DNA of 64,000 nucleotides from Tubiluchus corallicola (lineage: Eukaryota > Animalia > Priapulida). Shown piece after piece: positions 50,826 through 64,000 of this stretch. The stretch lies in contig JAQGDQ010000202.1 in assembly GCA_030141605.1 (NCBI GenBank), positions 218,099-282,098 on the forward strand, given 5' to 3'. Each line of letters starts with the position of its first letter. The stretch's first letter is position 1. Made by a program: the position numbers and the translations under genes. Under the pieces are notes generated by a model. The model searched no databases. It was not told the DNA's origin and worked only from the letters and a program-made list of their open reading frames with translations.

Positions 50826-53800
50826 ATCATGATGCATCAACGTATCTTTACAGGCCTACTTACGATGCCGTACTTATTATGAAATGATATGTATAGATGT
50901 CTCAAGACTTTAAAAACACTTTCATTTTATAGTTTAGGTAGATTTCCATATCAAATACATTTATGTACTATAAAGTAAAAAGTTAACGGTGTAAACAGTG
51001 GTTTTACATTTTGATGGCCATCTTGAATATGACCAAATTCCTCTGGTCATCATTCAGATCCTTAATCTATAATGTTATTACAATAACAGATCAACAAAAA
51101 AAAACATCCCATTGACTCTCACTCAATGTTCATTTCATTTTTTGACATTTTTCAACTAGACTAACTGATGTCAAATTTATATAAATTACCTCAAGTAACT
51201 TCGCTGAGAAATTTAGGACACCAGTGCAATTTGATCCAAGACGGTAATAAACTACTGCTGATAAATGTAAAAAATGGATATTTTCTGGCTGTTAAAGTAA
51301 TCCCTAACCCCTTACCCATCCATCACATGAATATAGAAAGATATGAAAATTTAGTATTCAAAAACAAGCCTCTCTTTTCAGTTTACTTACTCCTGTGATA
51401 AAATTGCTGGCCATTTTTAACTTAGATTTGGTACATGACTTATAAATGATTTTTATAATTATAATCTTACAATTTTTAAAAGCAGTAGTTCTACAGTGCA
51501 AGACTTTTGAAAAGTGTCTTAGTTTGTCAATTTTGCATGAGAAAAATTGCTTTTCTGGGGTGAGTTGCACACTCAAATTTTAACATTTTTTTAGTTTTAT
51601 AGCCTACTATTATTATTGTAGCTCCGTGTTGGTTCAAGTTAGTAATATGTCATATTACCATTTCACTAAAGGTAGCTTGTGCTATAGTACTGTCGATGAT
51701 TTCAATTTAAAAATACTCAACTCCTACTCCATTACTCTAGGGGTTGAGTTGTAGGCTTACTCAATTGACTCCACAGCCCTGCAGATTACTTCTACAAATA
51801 TTTCTAAGCTGTATTGAAACTTGCTGAAAATATGATCTTATGAAGAAGTTTCAATGCCCCTGCAGGCATCACATTGGTCTAAACTAAGGCTATAGCTAAT
51901 GTTTCTACAATCATATTCTTTTACAAAAAAACAGATTTAGTAGTTTAACTAAATTCATGGTTAAAAGTTGGTTAAATGGTATCGAAAAACTGAATTTTAA
52001 CACGTTTATAAAACCATTATTACATAGTTATAAAATGAAAGAAACATTAATTTAATCCAAAGATTGCACAGCCTTTTAAGTTTCTCAAAATTACCTTTCT
52101 TGGAAAGGTACCTACTATTCTTCGAAAATATACTTCCCTGTGCAATCTACTTCCTACATTACACATAGTTTAAAATTAGACTTTAAGTTTAATGGAAGTG
52201 AACTCTGGAACAATAATAATATGCTTACTATACTAGTATTAATACTAGTACTAAAATATAATTAATTATATTTAAACGCCTTCAGACAAAAGCTTGACAC
52301 AATGTCATGCTAACTGTGTCCAACTAAAGTAGAATCTATCTACTAGCCGCTTATAAACCATAACTAGTACAAGTGAAATAACTTTACTACCCAAAACAAA
52401 AGTGACTGCAGTCTATCTAAATGCTATTAACAATCGAATGCATGAAATTTCATTTCCATTGAATTTTAGTTTGTAGTTAACACAAATGCGCTTTCTTTTT
52501 CTCTCGCGGTGATTTCTTCACATGTATTATCACATACAAGCGAAAACAGATGGTGATTGCACATCAAATTATTGCAAAACTTTTCAGTTCGTCAACATCT
52601 ATTTTCGGAGTTTGCAAAAATACTGATTTTGAAACTTATGTATTGTGGTCACACCGCTATCAAAGGCAAGCGCTTTAGTTGCTATAGATAACGTACACAA
52701 AAGCACACTTATATTTCTCTACGAGTATTTGGTTGTATTACAGTACCATGACGAATTCCACACGAACAGAATAGGCCTTTTTTTGAAAATTTCTAACAAT
52801 AGACACAAATTTTGACGGCATTATGTCCAAGTTCTAAAAACTGTTTATGTAATAGCATATAATTGGAACAAATCTGATGAGTGTCGGAAATACATTTCCG
52901 ACTAGCAAATTAAGTACTTGCCTCGTGTAAAATGTAAATAACTGTAGGAAGTGCCTACGAAAGTATGTACATAATTACCTGACTTAGCACCCCATTATCT
53001 ACTAAATGTGTTGAATGAACAAGGCTTGGTATAAAGTCTGAGGCAGAAATTAAGAGATTGGGAGAAACCTGATCTGCCATAAAGAACGTTTTCTGCTGGC
53101 TGCATTTTGCACGCACTTTAACATACTGTTTTTACAGGCGACTATATGTGAAGAACTGATTTAACTGTTACTTTCCTGTTGGATATTATTATAAGAAAAT
53201 TTCTTATTAGAACGTATGATATTATAACAAAACGTTGTGCTCATTCGTGAATCATAGATGTCACAAAGTGTAAGTTCACATAATTTTTATTCTAATTTCA
53301 CATGTTTAAACTGTTCAAACTTTTGGTAACATCTGCAAGAACTTGGTAATATTTGTAACTTAACGTGATTATCCTGTTTTTCAAAGATCAAATAAAGCTT
53401 TACTTCTAGCAAAAGCCTGTCACTAATAAACTGTACAACTGCATTGCCTTATACGGAGCTTAGAGAGTTTGTTCTGTTACCGTAAAATATTGAGCACATC
53501 AGTTATAAAGAATACATGTATAGTTTCCCCCATAAATAAGTGCACTGTAGGAAAGGGGTATAGTTTATCCCCGTTATAGGGATAAGTTTTCCCAAATGAT
53601 ATATTGAAATTGTAAACTGTTATTGTTGTGACGTCTACTAATATCTTTACTTTTTTCACAGATTGTTACTATGAATTGTGCGTTCTGTTGAATATATAAG
53701 TACGTCACGATTTTCTAATTTATTGTTTATTAGTTTCATTCACTATATACAGGAATGACCAAATTGGACAAGAGATATTAAATCTTTTCTAGGACAAGTT

Positions 53801-56615
53801 TTTACGTACATTTTTTAGCTTTATACAACGTTTCTCCCTTCTATCTGAGCAGAAAACAAACAAACTGACCAAAAATTCAACTAAATTCAAATTTTCGACA
53901 TGATAACAGATTTCAGTCTCGTTCTATACATCGTGCCGAAAGCACTGAGCAGAATTTAGTCTTGTTCTCGACAATGAGCTCTATTTATGTAGGTCGTGGA
54001 AATAAAACTTTCAAAATTTATATAGACACATTACCAAAGGTAGGCCTGTGATACAGAGATGTTATAAAGAAATCACCAATTTTCTAAATTTGGATAGGGA
54101 AGGATTCCTTAACCGTAAATTCAATAGAAGTAATACGCCTTACTATGTGTATATAAAAAATTTCATTAAAATGTTACCATTTTTACTGATATTGTTGGAA
54201 CTAGCTAGAGATTCCAATAGCCGACATTATAGGTCGAACAATATTATTCTCACGTATCTGTTTTGTTTGTACAAAATGACATTGTAGGTGCATGTGGCCC
54301 TTGTTAAATTTAACAAATATCACCCCTACTTCGAAATGAAGTTGTTAGTGAACACAGTATTTGTAGACTGAATGTATATTGGGTGGACAAGACATTACAA
54401 ACATTACAGTTCGACCAAATTAATGAGATCTTTATACCCAATGCTAATCAAGGCTTACCGGCCATTGTAAAGTCAGGGCCGTGTTGAGTTGGATATAGGC
54501 CCAGTCAGACGGGCAATTTAAAGCACAAGAAAACCCCCTATAAACACAAAGCTTAAAAAATTTAAATTTAAATTTTATATCACTTAGATACTGCCTTTTT
54601 ATATACAGGACTTCAATCAGCAGTCATGCTGTATAAAACACGTAAATTTAAACTCCCGCGATGACCGTTAGACGCAGCCATTTTGACTACAGGTCATTTG
54701 AAACAAGTTTAGATAACATCGTGTAACATTAAGCCCATTTCAAATAGGTCATTAAGTATTTTCTAAACACTCAAACTTGTTGTTCGTAAGCTCGTAGCGA
54801 TACTGGACCTAGCTCGTTATGAAGGCTAAGCGTTACTTAACCAGCAGAGGTGTCCTGTTTCATGGCACGACTAAAGATAGAGGTAATCTGTTTAATGCTA
54901 AAAAATTCTCAAACAGGAAAATTGTCAACGTTAGCATAGACAAGTATAAACTTTTCTGGCACGAAGCAAAATACGTCGTACAAAATGAGCTTCCGCTTAC
55001 AAGAAGTTTATTTGAGTACCACAGAAACGCAAAAACTAAGTAACAAACCCACAATAAATAGGCTAATAAAATTTATACCAGTTTCAAAAAGTATGATATT
55101 TACAAAGGATAAGTCATTCATGATTAGAAGTTACATCTCATTTGTCAATATAGAAGTAAGGTAAAATTACAAAATTGCTTCTTAAAAATCGTTATTAGGC
55201 TTAATAGCATAGCTAAACATGCAATTGCAAAATCGCAGCTTGCAGTACAGCTAATTAAGCAATAATAATTAAAAAGCTGTGAAATAGCGACGAGTTGCAT
55301 ATGTGGAGATATTATTCTTTGATAACTGTAAAAAACAACGCTCCGATTTCTTTACAGTTTTGGATGTATTATATTAATAGTTATGTAAAGAAGCAAATTC
55401 TAAACGTAAATACTTCTTCACTGCTTTAAATTTAATTTAATAAAGTGTTTATAGGTCATTGCACAGTTCATGATGTCAAAGAGTCCAGCTGCACAGAAAA
55501 ATCTACCACGCTAGTTTATAAAATTTAGTTAAAACATGTATGCACCAAAACGAATGGCGAATGCGACATTATTATTTTCTCATAATAAAGAACGAGGGAA
55601 GTTTGTCCAGATGTTGAACGAAGCTAAAAGAATGTTCGCATCGCGCAGTTTATATGTAAAGCAATTTGGGGAAAATAATGAGACAATTTCCAGTCCTTGC
55701 AAGAAAATGTACGAAAGTGCGTTAACACTATTTAGGTAACTTTATTTTACTTTAACGCTGCAGTATCCCCTTTTATTATATATTTTATGCTTGTGTTATA
55801 AATTTATGAAGTGTATTATATCAATTTTAATGGCCAATTTGACATTGTTGTCACGCAATTATACAAGTGCGGCATTTTATAACTAACTGAACTTTTAGAA
55901 CTTCATCACGCGACTTCACACTGAGTTATCGGATCGAATAGAAGCTGGCCGCTGGTCAGTCGCTCAAGAAATAGAAACAATTTCTATTTTCGAGCGCCGG
56001 GCGACTTGACGCATGCCGCTTATCATCATACACTGAAAATATATAAGTTATATTTCTTGCTGCCCCATCGATAAACGCGGTAGCTGAGCACGGTCGCTAG
56101 TCGCCAGTCGCTTTGGTGTATTAGCCACTGACCCGAAAAAGGAATTTGTTAATAGCTAATACAAATGGACCCATGGATGATCAAGATCGAATACAGTTTT
56201 AACATTAGCCATTAGTGATTTTAACGTAGTCATCAAAATTTATCTTTGCAAAATTTATATAATTACATTACAGTGTGACATTGCAATGCTTAAAACGTCA
56301 AAAGTTTACAAGTGTAGCTTTAAACGCAAAATGAGATGTATCTATTTTTTAATTTTTCAGTTTTGATACGCAATTCTTATGCACTAATGAAACATTAATA
56401 TCGCAGATGTCGGTCGTAATAAGAATTCTTTGCAACAGTTTATTAGTCTTAACGGGCCTGCCCATGAGACTTACAAAAGTGGGATTCCCAGCCATTATCA
56501 TTATCAAAAAGAAACGTTGTCTCATTTCAACAATGACGATTAATGAAAATGTTCACCACAAGAAACGATCTTGACGTTGCTGCGAAAATACTAGCGTAAT
56601 GGGGCTAATAATCAG

Positions 56616-56663
56616 GGGTCGCATTCACAAACACGTTTGTAAGAAGCTTAGTGAATGCGCCCC
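56616..56663. mobile_element. 48-bp Harbinger-like mini element
   Basis: 13-bp TIRs GGGTCGCATTCAC / GTGAATGCGCCCC (12/13), with a 3-bp CAG duplication on both sides. Confidence 0.6.
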
Positions 56664-57321
56664 CAGTATTGCAGCTACAGAATAATAATAACAAAACTAA
56701 GGGGAACCAACTGAAATGAAATGTTACAGTGCTTTCAAGTTTATCAGATACAACATCTTACTACAACTGTAAATGATTTCACAAGAAGTTAATTAAATTA
56801 AACCTATCTTTAACAAAATTAATAATACTGTCTTTCCACATAAATAAAATTAAAGTCCAAGTCTGTAACTAATAATGCATAATACATTACTTTTAGGGTG
56901 CAAAAAAATTCAAAGGGATGTGATAGTCAAACGGAGGTTGTGACAGTGTGGGACAGAGTTGACTAACTGGCTGAGAACTTTCAATTTCACATGTTTGCAG
57001 TTCACACATTACAAAATATAATAGCCGAATAGATATTGCAATGATAGTGCTGCTATATCATCAACTTTTTTCTATTTTTTCTCATAGCTGCCAATCACAT
57101 TGACTACAGTTACCTGGTAGACAAATACGTAATGAAAAAAAGGTAATAATCACAATGGAGTTTTGATAATTCTGCTCTAACCAAATTATGAATCTTAACG
57201 CACCTTTTTCCAGCTACAGACTTTGACTTTAACATATTACAGCAATAATAATTACAATAAATTATTTGATTCTAATCCCTGATGTATGAAAGGCTTGTTA
57301 TTTGTTTGCCATCAGAATGTG

Positions 57322-63301
<5,980 letters not shown>

Positions 63302-64000
63302 CTGCAAGGAAAACTCAAGTCACCATACAAACAGAAGATCAAAATGATGCCATTCAAAGAGTGCGTTTGCTAACAGTTTCATTAGACCTATTAACTGGAC
63401 AGAAATTTTATATAACTTAAAAGTTAAAAACCGAAAATGCTGACTACAACGTCACCAACAAACTGACTGTAAACTGTACAATGAGTAAGAAAAATAATGG
63501 TATTTCGGATACCGCACGTGTCCACAAATGCTTATAGGATGTTATTTTACTTAAAGTATCTTACTATTTGTTCCTTAAACGTGTTCACAAAAGAACATAA
63601 ATTAAGTAATTTAGATACCTATTTACATGTTGTTATGAAAACAAGGTTAAATTCAGGATCAATGTTTTCTTTATGTTGTAAGCTCAACAAACAGTCTCTG
63701 TCATAAAAAAATTTCTAAATTTGCTGTATACCATACGATATACTTATACAACGTATAATCATCTATGTGCCTGTAAATTCATGATCCACTCTTCGAGGTT
63801 TCCATGACATCCGTATCGGCAACCACCGATGTCCACAATTTATGCATCCGTAAAAGGAATAAAGGAGTGTCACAGTTGTATGTTCGTCCACGAAGTGAAT
63901 CCCACGAGAGAATGAATTCATACCGTGGCTTGAATAATAATTACAATATCCAGTGCCTAGTCACCAGTTAATTTGAATAAGACGTGTGTGGGCAGGGCGT

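Overview
AT-rich invertebrate (metazoan) genomic DNA with spliceosomal introns and dense transposon debris. Six protein-coding genes were reconstructed by hand from splice sites and reading-frame continuity. They are SUPV3L1 (minus, 7 coding exons, runs off the window start), CEP97 (plus, ~18 coding exons, head-to-head with SUPV3L1), TRAPPC2 (minus, intronless), FAM32A (minus, 2 coding exons), YKT6 (minus, intronless) and the last four exons of an FHL2/Limpet-type LIM gene (minus, runs off the window end). Mobile elements include a decayed CR1/L2-like LINE, many Tc1/mariner-, hAT-, Harbinger- and Foldback-like non-autonomous elements (several nested, with target-site duplications), and a 5S rRNA-headed SINE with an RTE-like tail. 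Most notable: (1) the FAM32A stop lies only 56 nt before the TRAPPC2 ATG, with no poly(A) signal or good splice acceptor between, so this is a candidate dicistronic mRNA inside a same-strand YKT6-FAM32A-TRAPPC2 cluster; (2) a U12-type intron in CEP97; (3) a fibronectin-III domain in CEP97; (4) a hammerhead-ribozyme-like core inside an intronic palindrome. All family assignments come from motif recognition, not database searches.
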